The notes beneath the pieces were generated by a model. That model was not told the DNA's origin, did not search any database, and was given only the letters and a program-made list of their open reading frames with translations. DNA of 36,810 nucleotides from Paraphysomonas bandaiensis (Eukaryota; Protista; Chrysophyceae), in assembly GCA_965644295.1 (NCBI GenBank), contig CBFFRP010000542.1:1-36810 (forward strand), read 5' to 3'. A program made the translations under genes and the position numbers. Position 1 is the first letter of the stretch. Every line of letters begins with the position of its first letter. Positions 10,392-20,598 of this stretch are shown here, in pieces.

Positions 10392-13106
10392 TTATGAGCC
10401 TCTGTTTCGTTTGTATGAATTCTCTCTGATGACATCCACAGATGACTTCTGATCTTCTCCTAGACATCTCTTTCTATGCTCCTCGTATATAACGCCACAC
10501 AAAGATTTCGTAAATATGTCTGCAGTCTGGTTATCAGTTCCAACGTGATACAATATCGCAGTGTTAAAACGTCCTTCTGGATCTACATGTTCACGCACCC
10601 AGTGGTATTTGATTTCAATGTGTTTTGATCTTTTGTGGAACACTGGATTTAATGCTAGATCACGAGCACTCTGGCTATCTAAAAAAAATGGAGTGGGTTC
10701 GTACAGTCGAAGTCCCAATTCGGCCAACACCCCCCGAAGCCACACCAGTTCTTGCATGCCAGCGTACATAGCTTGGTACTCACTCTGCATTGAAGACGTA
10801 GACACAGTAACTTGTAAGATTGATTGCCAGGTGAGTGGTCCACCTGCTGCAAACACAATGTATCCAGTTGTCGACCTTCGTGACACAGTATCGCCTGCCC
10901 AGTCAGCGTCTGTGAAAATATGCATGTCAAAGCTCTTACCACTGAACCGAATACCTTTCCGCACAGTACCCCTGATGTATTGTAACAAATAAGTCATCAA
11001 CTTGCATGTAGCCTTTGTTGGTTTCGAAGCATATCGTGACAATAGGCCAACAGCATACGCAATATCTGGACGCGTATTCATTGATAGATATAGCATGGCA
11101 CCTAGTAAGCTACGATAGGGATAATTGTCGACTCCCTCTTCCTCCTGAGATGAGTTCTCACTATCAGTGCAATTAATCCTGTCCATGGCATCTACAGGTA
11201 GTGGGGATTTGCGAACTTTGTTTGAAGGTCCAAGGAATGCTGCATATTTGGTGAGAATTTTTTCAGCGTATGTCGATTGGTCAAGTTGAAAATAATTCTT
11301 GGTCCTTGTAACTCGAACGTTGAGAAAATGCTCTAATTCTCCCATGTCTGACATGTCAAATCTTTCACAAAACCGTTTCTTGATTTCTGTCAAAATAGTC
11401 AGATCCGCACAAGCGATTACTATATCATCAACGTATATGGTTAAGTACACACGATGACCTTTGTACATCATATAATATAGACATGGTTCTAAAATGCAGG
11501 GTTTGAATCCCAAAGACTTTATAAATCCATGTATGGTCTTCCACCATGAACGTGGAGAACTCCGAAGGCCATATAGTGAGCGATATAGTTTGAAACAGTG
11601 TCCTGGTGGCAACTGAAAATCGGGAGGAGGGTCCATGTACACGTCTCCTTCGATTTTAGCATAACAGAATGCATTCGACACGTCAAGTTGATGGATGTGC
11701 ATACTAAACATGAAAGCAAGGGCAATGATTAGTCTAACCGTAATCGATTTCACCACAGGAGCAAATGTATTTTCGACGTCTATACCTGTCCTTTGACCAT
11801 ATCCCAGAGCGACCAGACGAGCTTTATGCTTTTTTATTGATCCATCTTTATTGTATTTTCGTTTGAACACATATCTGGACTTTAGAGGTCTAACACCAGG
11901 TGGCGTCTCAACGACATTAAACACTTCCCGCTTGAATAATGCATTCCGTTCTAATCGTCTAGCTTCCTTCCAATTTGAAGCTTCAGGACATGTCAATGAC
12001 TCTTCATACGTCTCAGGCTCTCTATAAGTAGACGAGTTAGACATAAGTGCGCAATCACTCTCATCACACAAGTTAACAATCTCCTCGTCATGGAGAAGGT
12101 TTACCTCACCCAGGGTGGACACATTAGTCAACACCCTTCGGATTCGCGTACGTTTACCACTGGTCTCCCTTGACTCAGCATGTACAGTACCACTATTCTC
12201 ACTTGGCACACAAGAAGGTACATTCTCAAAGACACGATTCGCGCTGACCCCACTCGGTACAGCACCCGCACTACTCTCCGGCAAAGTACGAAGGGACATT
12301 CTCTTCCCTGGAATCTCATCCGCCGTAGACTTATTGGGCGTGTCACCCGAAGCCGGCGTATATGACGATCCACCTCTCTTGTCGTCACAAGAACGAGGTT
12401 TTGAGTACAGCCTGCGGTTATAGTCACCAGTCAACTCGGCAATATCACGTACGTGAATAGGGACTTTTTCTTCTATCTGCTCTTTCCCAGCAGTTACTAG
12501 CGCCCTAAACGCCACAATTAGTCCTTTTCGCACCACAACTCTCGTAGTCTTGAAGAGAAACCCGTCGTCCACATGATACGAACCAATCAGATGTTTAAAC
12601 TCTTCAACTGATCGATCTAATGGGTCAGTTTTGACTAAGGCCTCTTCAAGCTCTGCATAGTACTCCTTATCTCTTGGAGGTATACTTTCATCATACAGAA
12701 CATGTACTGATACGACTTCTTTGTCACCAAGCCACACACGGGATCCCTTTTTCGTATTGGATAGACCTATGAAATACCCAGTCTGCGACTTCTCCTGCCA
12801 GTCCTTTCGACGATCACCTTTGGGAATAAGCACATAAGCCTTGCACCCCCAGCGTCGAAATCTCGATAAGTCAGGGACTGAACCTCCTGGGACGCATTCC
12901 ATTGGAGACATCCAACCTCGATATGTACGTGTAGGCATTCGTCGAACTATCATGCATGCATATACATAAGCATCCCACCAAAAAATTACGGGTAATCCTG
13001 AGTCCATTAACAGAGCCAGAGTCATTTCTCCCAATGTTCGATTCCTACGCTCAGATACACCATTCATCTCAGGGCTGTCTGTGGAGCTCCAAGTGATGCT
13101 AGTTCC
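10392..13106 (-). CDS. pol: Copia polyprotein 3' part: integrase C-terminal part, RT, RNase H
   Basis: PEMNGVSERRNRTL, KARLVALG, QLDVSNAF, LYGLRS, YVDD, TRPDIAYAV, DADWAGD, KRSKHIEIKYH, ADIFTK. Confidence 0.95.
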   Translation of the reverse strand, partial: GTSITWSSTDSPEMNGVSERRNRTLGEMTLALLMDSGLPVIFWWDAYVYACMIVRRMPTRTYRGWMSPMECVPGGSVPDLSRFRRWGCKAYVLIPKGDRRKDWQEKSQTGYFIGLSNTKKGSRVWLGDKEVVSVHVLYDESIPPRDKEYYAELEEALVKTDPLDRSVEEFKHLIGSYHVDDGFLFKTTRVVVRKGLIVAFRALVTAGKEQIEEKVPIHVRDIAELTGDYNRRLYSKPRSCDDKRGGSSYTPASGDTPNKSTADEIPGKRMSLRTLPESSAGAVPSGVSANRVFENVPSCVPSENSGTVHAESRETSGKRTRIRRVLTNVSTLGEVNLLHDEEIVNLCDESDCALMSNSSTYREPETYEESLTCPEASNWKEARRLERNALFKREVFNVVETPPGVRPLKSRYVFKRKYNKDGSIKKHKARLVALGYGQRTGIDVENTFAPVVKSITVRLIIALAFMFSMHIHQLDVSNAFCYAKIEGDVYMDPPPDFQLPPGHCFKLYRSLYGLRSSPRSWWKTIHGFIKSLGFKPCILEPCLYYMMYKGHRVYLTIYVDDIVIACADLTILTEIKKRFCERFDMSDMGELEHFLNVRVTRTKNYFQLDQSTYAEKILTKYAAFLGPSNKVRKSPLPVDAMDRINCTDSENSSQEEEGVDNYPYRSLLGAMLYLSMNTRPDIAYAVGLLSRYASKPTKATCKLMTYLLQYIRGTVRKGIRFSGKSFDMHIFTDADWAGDTVSRRSTTGYIVFAAGGPLTWQSILQVTVSTSSMQSEYQAMYAGMQELVWLRGVLAELGLRLYEPTPFFLDSQSARDLALNPVFHKRSKHIEIKYHWVREHVDPEGRFNTAILYHVGTDNQTADIFTKSLCGVIYEEHRKRCLGEDQKSSVDVIRENSYKRNRGS

Positions 13107-13110
13107 AAAC

Positions 13111-14254
13111 TGTAACCCTGGGGGTTTATATAGTAGCAAGTGTAGTAGTGAAATAGGGTATTCAACAACAAGAAGAGAGTCAACAACAGAAGAAGGACAG
13201 CAAACAGTACAAGATAATTATTTACGAAGGAAGTGCAAACATCTAGCCACGAGTCACGGAATTACAACAAGCCATTCACACTGAAGTGCATACTTGCGGC
13301 TACTCTAGGCAGTTATTAATATCACGACACTCAAAACACGTTACCCAGTATCTCTACTACTTGCAATACATGTGAAGCCAGCCGACTGCACCTGTTGTTT
13401 TACGACGTAGAGGCAATAAGGGCAATGGAGAGAGACTTAGGTAGCATCAACGTGATGTACACACAATTCTCTCTGCATCATCCTCAGAACAGCATAAGAA
13501 GGGATCTTCAGATGTTGCTAGTACATCCTGAACATAAATGTCTCAAGTTAAGTGCAGAACTATGGATGTACACAGCCCAATACCTCTGTGAGCTGCATTT
13601 TCATGATGGTGCTCTGGATGTGGAGATGAGCAGGAGTTAGGACCATTCAAGAGCATACTATAGACGCTATGCATGGTGATGCTGCTAAGCAGGCATAGTG
13701 GGTGGCTATTATGGCAAGCGTGTGGCTTAAAGAGGAATATATGGAGAGAGTAAAGATGCAATAAGTTTTATATGAGTTTAGGGAGTATGATAAGAGCAGT
13801 AGACTATCAGCGAATACGGTATCACGTTACTCATTTTAGTTAGCTGTTTTTCAGTTTTATCACTATGGTTTTATTTCAGTTTTATGCGTAGTTTCAGTTT
13901 TATGCGCAGTTATTCAGTTTCATACGCTGTTATTCAGTTTTGTTTTATTGTCATAATACGTGTGGTATACACGGTGTATGCAAGAATGCATGCGGTGTGG
14001 TGTGTGTGATATAAAATGAACTTGGTTCATTCTGTAGATGCGTACCATTCTATATGTTATTCCTTGCATGTCATTGTTTTAAGTTACTTGACACTGTCTT
14101 AACAGCGATCTTTATTCTTAGAGGGAATACTGCGCGGCGTTATCTAGCGGATATCGTTGACCGTGTTGGGTGATTTAACAGTAATAATAAGTGTTTACTC
14201 ACACCTTATTATATATTTTGTTGGGAGCAAACCCGCAAGTCTGGTTTGTGCATA
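13111..14254 (+). repeat. Element B 5' LTR (TGTAAC...TGCATA)
   Basis: Repeat of 19455-20598; identical ORF translations in the track. Confidence 0.95.
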
Positions 14255-14511
14255 GTAATATTACTACTAGTCCCATAAGGCCTTTTATATTGCGTAGTAG
14301 TGTACTAGATAATTATCATTTATATTGGAAGTCATTGACCATTGTGGGGGCGAAGTTTGAAGCAACAATATCTCATCTTGTACTGTGCCTGCGGACAAGC
14401 ACGTCAAGACAGTAGATTTGTTACAGAGAGCTTAGCATTCACATAGGACAAAGACAACCACCAGTAGCTAGTCTGATAGTAAGATACAATTGTCTTAGCA
14501 TATAGACAGTA

Positions 14512-15426
14512 ATGGATGTCAATCAAGACGAAGCCACAGACCTGCAGCGTCTAATGCAGGGATTCGTAGAGCAAATTACAGGCATGGTAAATACTCTAAC
14601 TGAGACAGTAGCTGGGGTAAAAGATGACGTAGCTGGGCTCAAGCACGACGTAGCTGAGGTCAGCGATGAGCTCAAGGAATTGAGAGTAAGAATAGCTGTC
14701 TTGGAAGGATCGTACTCATTTCCACAACCCCTTGAAAATTCTCCAGCTGCAGTTTCGAAGTCAGTGAATGATGCTTCTGCAGGACAAGATGTTTGTGCTG
14801 CAAAAGAGCCCTTGAACATTAATATTGAAAATTTAAATTCTACCAGTGTGGAGTGCATGTTGGAACAAGAAACTGTCGTTTGTACTGAGGATAAAGAGAT
14901 GACCGAAAAGTCTTCTGAAATTCATAATGAGGATTCGGAATATGCCGAAAAGGAAGCTTTGATTGCGGTTATTGATTCTCAGGTTACTCCACTGGGTGAA
15001 ACTTTGATTGAAGAACTTAGACATCCAGAATTTCTTTCTGAGAAGTCCAAGTCTACTCAACAAAATGACTCAAAAGATGCAGGGTGTTCTGTTGTTAAGA
15101 CTGTAAAGGTCATTTCAGTGAATCAGCTTTCAGTTGAAAACCATACTGTCAACGACGATATTGACGGTGACACAATTGTCATGTCAACACATCAATCAGC
15201 CCTGCCATCGAAGGCTGTTGTTACTCCCTTAAGCTATCTTCTGGTTATGCCTGGACGAGTTATGGGAAAGCATTTGACATTGTTGAGTCATCTTGAAGTG
15301 GTTAATCTTCTTTACACCAAAATGATGTTTGAGGAACCATGCTTGTGTTTTAAAGAACTTGTACAGCGCGATGAGCATGGCCCTGGACCGCCTTTTGTCA
15401 CTTCGGTGAATCTATTTCAATTTTAA
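14512..15426 (+). CDS. Gag-position ORF of element B (304 aa); N-terminal coiled coil resembles the lineage Gag, remainder divergent
   Basis: LRVRIAVLEGS resembles LDSRVQALESS (A) and TASRVDNLESR (C). No capsid-like core or zinc finger recognised. Confidence 0.55.
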   Translation: MDVNQDEATDLQRLMQGFVEQITGMVNTLTETVAGVKDDVAGLKHDVAEVSDELKELRVRIAVLEGSYSFPQPLENSPAAVSKSVNDASAGQDVCAAKEPLNINIENLNSTSVECMLEQETVVCTEDKEMTEKSSEIHNEDSEYAEKEALIAVIDSQVTPLGETLIEELRHPEFLSEKSKSTQQNDSKDAGCSVVKTVKVISVNQLSVENHTVNDDIDGDTIVMSTHQSALPSKAVVTPLSYLLVMPGRVMGKHLTLLSHLEVVNLLYTKMMFEEPCLCFKELVQRDEHGPGPPFVTSVNLFQF

Positions 15427-16791
15427 AGAGAACCTATTGGGATGAAGATTGGCCGTACCCGATGTTGATGTTGTATTATTGTTGTTATTGGAGACACGTT
15501 ACCATCAGGGTGCCAATTCATTTCTTTTGATGAGAAGGTGATAGTATTGTTTGTGACGAACGGGTTCATCAGTTTCTAAATCAAAGGATTCGTTATTCAA
15601 TGCTTGTGAGGGAAATGTTGTATCGTATATCGTAAATATTTTATTCAATATAATGTCAGTTAAAATTCAGTCATTATTATATTATATGCTTGAGGAGAGG
15701 AGTGTCTACACGCGGTTACATTTTCAATGTAGCATTGAGGAAAGATGTTTCTTCGCTGGATGTCCATTGTGTAATTCATGATTCGTTGATCAATGTAGAT
15801 ACGGGAGTCGGTAGTGAATGTGTGCAGTTCATGTCTCAGAACAATATTATCAAAGGCTATATGGACTCAAGGACAACTGTTGTATACAATCTTTGTATAT
15901 ATTATGGTGTGAAGACTGCTAAATGGCTTGGTGATTCATCCGAAATATATATAAGATTGGATTGAGTTTTGAGAAGTTTGAATGTGTATATATATTCCAG
16001 AAGCTATTATTTATCATACTTATATCTAATATTTTGATCATTGAGAATGCATCGTCAATGCCAGTGATTATTGCAAATTGAGGATCAGTTGTTGTTATTT
16101 GATTTTGAGAAAGTCTTCCAGAGTTATTTTGAGAATTCTGTTTAAATATTGATATCAGAGTGGTCAATGGGCTCAATGATGTACTGCCATACTGTTTAGT
16201 TTCTTTCAATGATTGCTACAAGAGGAATTTGATTCTGGAGTTTGTTGAAAATGTTTCAAACGTGTTACGGATCAAAATGCGAGTCTTGTCAGTCTCGTAC
16301 GAATGTTCTGGTGACATCATTAAAATGAATCATTCTGAGTTGCCATCACTTGTTCGATTTATATAATTCAATCTACGGTCAGTTACGTACATATGGATCT
16401 TCTGTTGTGCAGTTTGTATTGACTGAGTTGGATTATCTATTGTTGTGAGTTGCAAACTGGGATAAACTGAGAGTAGTCGGTTTTCTGTGTGAGAGAGAGT
16501 GATTTGAACATTCATCATTTTCATCAGGAATTATCAACAATTACGTTGCTCGTCATTGATGGGTGGGATATACGGTTGGAATTCAGAAAGTGATACGAGT
16601 AATAAAACCTTGTACGCTAAAGGAAGGAGCTTGTGAGTATACCTCCTATATGCCTATAATCTATTTTGTCGAGCGTTGTATTCGAATATCTTTCAACATA
16701 TATTCGATTTAAGCAAGTGGAGTGTGATGTTTCTCAATACGGAGTTGTTACGGATTCCAATGAATTCAGTGATTGAGACATATATATAGTC

Positions 16792-19380
16792 ATGTTTGAC
16801 AACATGTTGATCTTAGCTGAAGACCCCGCTGATGCATACAAAAAGTTTGAAATGATAATTGACCGGTGTATTGAACGTAATGAAAAACTCAAGATGCCTA
16901 AGAGTTGGCTGGGATTCCGGGAAGTGAATTTCTTTGGCTACGTGTGCAGACACAAATCGTATGAGGTCAGTCCTGATAAGAAGGAAGCTTTGGCTAACAT
17001 TCCAATGCCTACGAGTACTAAGACGGCCAGAAGCTTACTAGGAAAAGGAGTTTTCTTCTCAGGGTTCACACCTAGATATTCTGACTTGGTAGGTCATCTT
17101 CCGGACATGACCAAGAAAACTTTCAACTGGGATAAATCTACATGGAAGCATGATTACGAAGAGGAGTATCGAAAATTCATAAAGGGTCTACAAGATGCCT
17201 GTGAGTTATTTTATCCCGACTATTCGTTAGAATGGATCCTAAGAACTGATGCTAGCGAGCTAGGAGTAGGAGCAGTATTATTACAGAAGAAAATTTTAGA
17301 GGATGGTACTGTTCAGTTACAACCAATAGCATTTATATCGAAAAAATTCTCAACGCAAGCACAACGATGGGCTACGATAGAGCAGGAAGGCTACGGTATC
17401 TATTATGCTGTCAGAAACCTCGCATATTATTTAGTGGGCAAGGAGTTTATTATTGAGACCGATCATAACAATTTAGTGTGGATGGAGGCATCTGAAGTAC
17501 CTAAAATTGTGAGATGGCGTATATACCTGCAATCGTTTAACTTTATGATTCGGCACATTCCAGGTTCTCAAAATTGGTTAGCAGATTGGCTCTCCAGAGC
17601 ACATAAGTTGCAACATTTGGCTGGTATATTTCCTGATGTGGACATTGAGGAATACATTGATGAAACTATGTTTGGCAACTTAGACATCTATCTTAACAAT
17701 TTTATGGATCCGGATGACAAGGAAGAAGAGTTGGAACCGTTGTATTTATCCAAAGAGGAAAGTTTTCAAGCAGTTCATAATGCCAGACAAGGTCACAAAG
17801 GAGCTTATGCCACGTGGGTAAAATTGAATAAGAAATGCCCGGGACACAGGATATCTTTTGAAGAAGTCACCGAGATGATCAATAAATGTCCCAACTGTGC
17901 TAAGACACGACTCGGAATGCAAGAAGCTTTGATAGCTATACCTCGCAGTTTAAAACCACCTTCAGCTCGTAGTGCCATCGGTATCGATGCAGTGGAAATT
18001 ACACCCCACGGTAAAGAAGGCTACACGCATATTAACGTGGTGGTAAATCTGTTTACAAAACATGTCTTCCTCGAACCAGTGAAGGGAGTCACTGCCATAA
18101 ATCTTGCTAATACTGTATGGAAGTATTGGAGTCAATTTGGTCATACTGATGTGATCATATCGGATCAAGGACCTGATCTAAAATCCCAATTATTTGACCA
18201 ACTTTGCTCATATATTGGTGTCAAACACACATTCAGCATAGCGGATAGACATGCCAACGGATGCGAGAGGATCATAGGAGAGGTAGTGCGGCATTTAAGA
18301 GCATTAGTATTTGATTACAGTGAGAAAGAAGAGAAGCGAGATGTATTTGAAGACCCCAGCTGGATTCCTACAGTGGCACATGTATTGAATTCTGAAGTAT
18401 CATCTGAAACGGGGTATTCGCCTTTTGAGTTAACATTTGGTTCTGAGAGTGAGAGGTATAACAATATGGGAAGGGATGAAGTACCAGAGAAAGCCCATGC
18501 TAGACTACATAAACTCAATGATAATCTAGCTCTGTTGCAACGCAGTTCGAGAGAATATCAAGATAAGTTGAAGGCCAAACGTTTCAGTAAAGGCATATCT
18601 CCTCAGCGACAGAATCAGTATCAGCCGGGCGACTTTGTTTTATTTGACAAAGGGGCCAAGGTTTACCCTAAAATGTCTCATAGATACCTAGGACCATTTC
18701 AGGTTATATCGCAATATAAGAATGATATTGACTGCAAACATTTGGTGACCGGAGTTGTAACAAAAGTAGATGTACGGGATGTAAAATTATATCCCGGAGA
18801 CAGGGAACAAGCCTATAAAATGGCTATGCGAGATCATGATCAGCATGAGATCGACACTATTTTATATTACACTGGAGACAGAGAACGGCGTTCAACAATG
18901 TTGTTTACAGTACGTTTCAAGGATGGAGATATCAGAGAGCTACCTTACAGCCAGGATTTATTTGATTCCATAGCCTATGAGGAATTCTGTAGCAGCAAGC
19001 CTTATCTACATCATCTTATTTATACCACGGATGGGGCCGCCAAATATATCAGTGAGAAGAGGAAGCAGTCAATAACTACGGTTCAACCGGGTGACGAGGT
19101 GTATGTAGATATCAGAGTATTCGGAGATGACTGGTATGATGCCCTACAACTACCAGATTCGCCCACTGTTACATATGTGATGCAATTTATGCTCACTCAC
19201 TGGTATCATAAAACCAGCAAGAAGCTAATTTCTGTCAAGAATCCCATGACCAAAGCCACATACAGATTTGATAACTACCATGTGAAATGTTTTGTACATC
19301 GCGACTTCGATCCGCCGACAACTATGGTACTGATAGATTCCGACTTTGCGCTACGTTTTCCCCAAGTCCATCAACATTAA
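16792..19380 (+). CDS. pol: Partial Pol of element B: RT from motif C onward, RNase H, integrase, GPF, chromo-like tail (862 aa)
   Basis: Colinear with element C Pol: LRTDAS, ETDHNNL, ADWLSR, HHCC, GIDAV, ISDQG, NGCER, GPFQV. Confidence 0.93.
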   Translation: MFDNMLILAEDPADAYKKFEMIIDRCIERNEKLKMPKSWLGFREVNFFGYVCRHKSYEVSPDKKEALANIPMPTSTKTARSLLGKGVFFSGFTPRYSDLVGHLPDMTKKTFNWDKSTWKHDYEEEYRKFIKGLQDACELFYPDYSLEWILRTDASELGVGAVLLQKKILEDGTVQLQPIAFISKKFSTQAQRWATIEQEGYGIYYAVRNLAYYLVGKEFIIETDHNNLVWMEASEVPKIVRWRIYLQSFNFMIRHIPGSQNWLADWLSRAHKLQHLAGIFPDVDIEEYIDETMFGNLDIYLNNFMDPDDKEEELEPLYLSKEESFQAVHNARQGHKGAYATWVKLNKKCPGHRISFEEVTEMINKCPNCAKTRLGMQEALIAIPRSLKPPSARSAIGIDAVEITPHGKEGYTHINVVVNLFTKHVFLEPVKGVTAINLANTVWKYWSQFGHTDVIISDQGPDLKSQLFDQLCSYIGVKHTFSIADRHANGCERIIGEVVRHLRALVFDYSEKEEKRDVFEDPSWIPTVAHVLNSEVSSETGYSPFELTFGSESERYNNMGRDEVPEKAHARLHKLNDNLALLQRSSREYQDKLKAKRFSKGISPQRQNQYQPGDFVLFDKGAKVYPKMSHRYLGPFQVISQYKNDIDCKHLVTGVVTKVDVRDVKLYPGDREQAYKMAMRDHDQHEIDTILYYTGDRERRSTMLFTVRFKDGDIRELPYSQDLFDSIAYEEFCSSKPYLHHLIYTTDGAAKYISEKRKQSITTVQPGDEVYVDIRVFGDDWYDALQLPDSPTVTYVMQFMLTHWYHKTSKKLISVKNPMTKATYRFDNYHVKCFVHRDFDPPTTMVLIDSDFALRFPQVHQH

Positions 19381-19416
19381 TTTTGACTTAGTTTTATACT
19401 GAGTTATATTATTATC

Positions 19417-19454
19417 GAAAAAAAAAAAAAAAAAAAAGAGAGGGAAAAAGGTAG
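19417..19454 (+). other. Polypurine tract of element B
   Basis: Long A run followed by GAGAGGGAAAAAGGTAG immediately before the 3' LTR. Confidence 0.9.
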
Positions 19455-20598
19455 TGTAACCCTGGGGGTTTATATAGTAGCAAGTGTAGTAGTGAAATAG
19501 GGTATTCAACAACAAGAAGAGAGTCAACAACAGAAGAAGGACAGCAAACAGTACAAGATAATTATTTACGAAGGAAGTGCAAACATCTAGCCACGAGTCA
19601 CGGAATTACAACAAGCCATTCACACTGAAGTGCATACTTGCGGCTACTCTAGGCAGTTATTAATATCACGACACTCAAAACACGTTACCCAGTATCTCTA
19701 CTACTTGCAATACATGTGAAGCCAGCCGACTGCACCTGTTGTTTTACGACGTAGAGGCAATAAGGGCAATGGAGAGAGACTTAGGTAGCATCAACGTGAT
19801 GTACACACAATTCTCTCTGCATCATCCTCAGAACAGCATAAGAAGGGATCTTCAGATGTTGCTAGTACATCCTGAACATAAATGTCTCAAGTTAAGTGCA
19901 GAACTATGGATGTACACAGCCCAATACCTCTGTGAGCTGCATTTTCATGATGGTGCTCTGGATGTGGAGATGAGCAGGAGTTAGGACCATTCAAGAGCAT
20001 ACTATAGACGCTATGCATGGTGATGCTGCTAAGCAGGCATAGTGGGTGGCTATTATGGCAAGCGTGTGGCTTAAAGAGGAATATATGGAGAGAGTAAAGA
20101 TGCAATAAGTTTTATATGAGTTTAGGGAGTATGATAAGAGCAGTAGACTATCAGCGAATACGGTATCACGTTACTCATTTTAGTTAGCTGTTTTTCAGTT
20201 TTATCACTATGGTTTTATTTCAGTTTTATGCGTAGTTTCAGTTTTATGCGCAGTTATTCAGTTTCATACGCTGTTATTCAGTTTTGTTTTATTGTCATAA
20301 TACGTGTGGTATACACGGTGTATGCAAGAATGCATGCGGTGTGGTGTGTGTGATATAAAATGAACTTGGTTCATTCTGTAGATGCGTACCATTCTATATG
20401 TTATTCCTTGCATGTCATTGTTTTAAGTTACTTGACACTGTCTTAACAGCGATCTTTATTCTTAGAGGGAATACTGCGCGGCGTTATCTAGCGGATATCG
20501 TTGACCGTGTTGGGTGATTTAACAGTAATAATAAGTGTTTACTCACACCTTATTATATATTTTGTTGGGAGCAAACCCGCAAGTCTGGTTTGTGCATA
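19455..20598 (+). repeat. Element B 3' LTR
   Basis: Repeat of 13111-14254; follows the polypurine tract and is followed by the TSD. Confidence 0.95.

Larger units (their letters stand above)
13111..20598 (+). mobile_element. Ty3/gypsy element B, non-autonomous (gag/PR/RT-N decayed, RH-IN intact), nested in the copia integrase
   Basis: 1144-bp direct repeats at offset 6344; 4-bp TSD AAAC (13107-13110, 20599-20602). Excising it restores the copia frame MSKF|GTSITW. Confidence 0.95.

Noticed and set aside
13395-13640. 81-aa sense ORF in both element B LTRs, and the many short ORFs overlapping gag/pol
   Set aside because: Non-ATG starts or shadow frames with no recognisable motifs; duplication only reflects LTR identity.
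20539-20598. Track ORF extensions (YAQTRLAG..., MLLYKPPGLQ at 13110-13139, MLTKVLLLK at LTR edges)
   Set aside because: These are read-through into LTR sequence at insertion junctions, not real protein termini.
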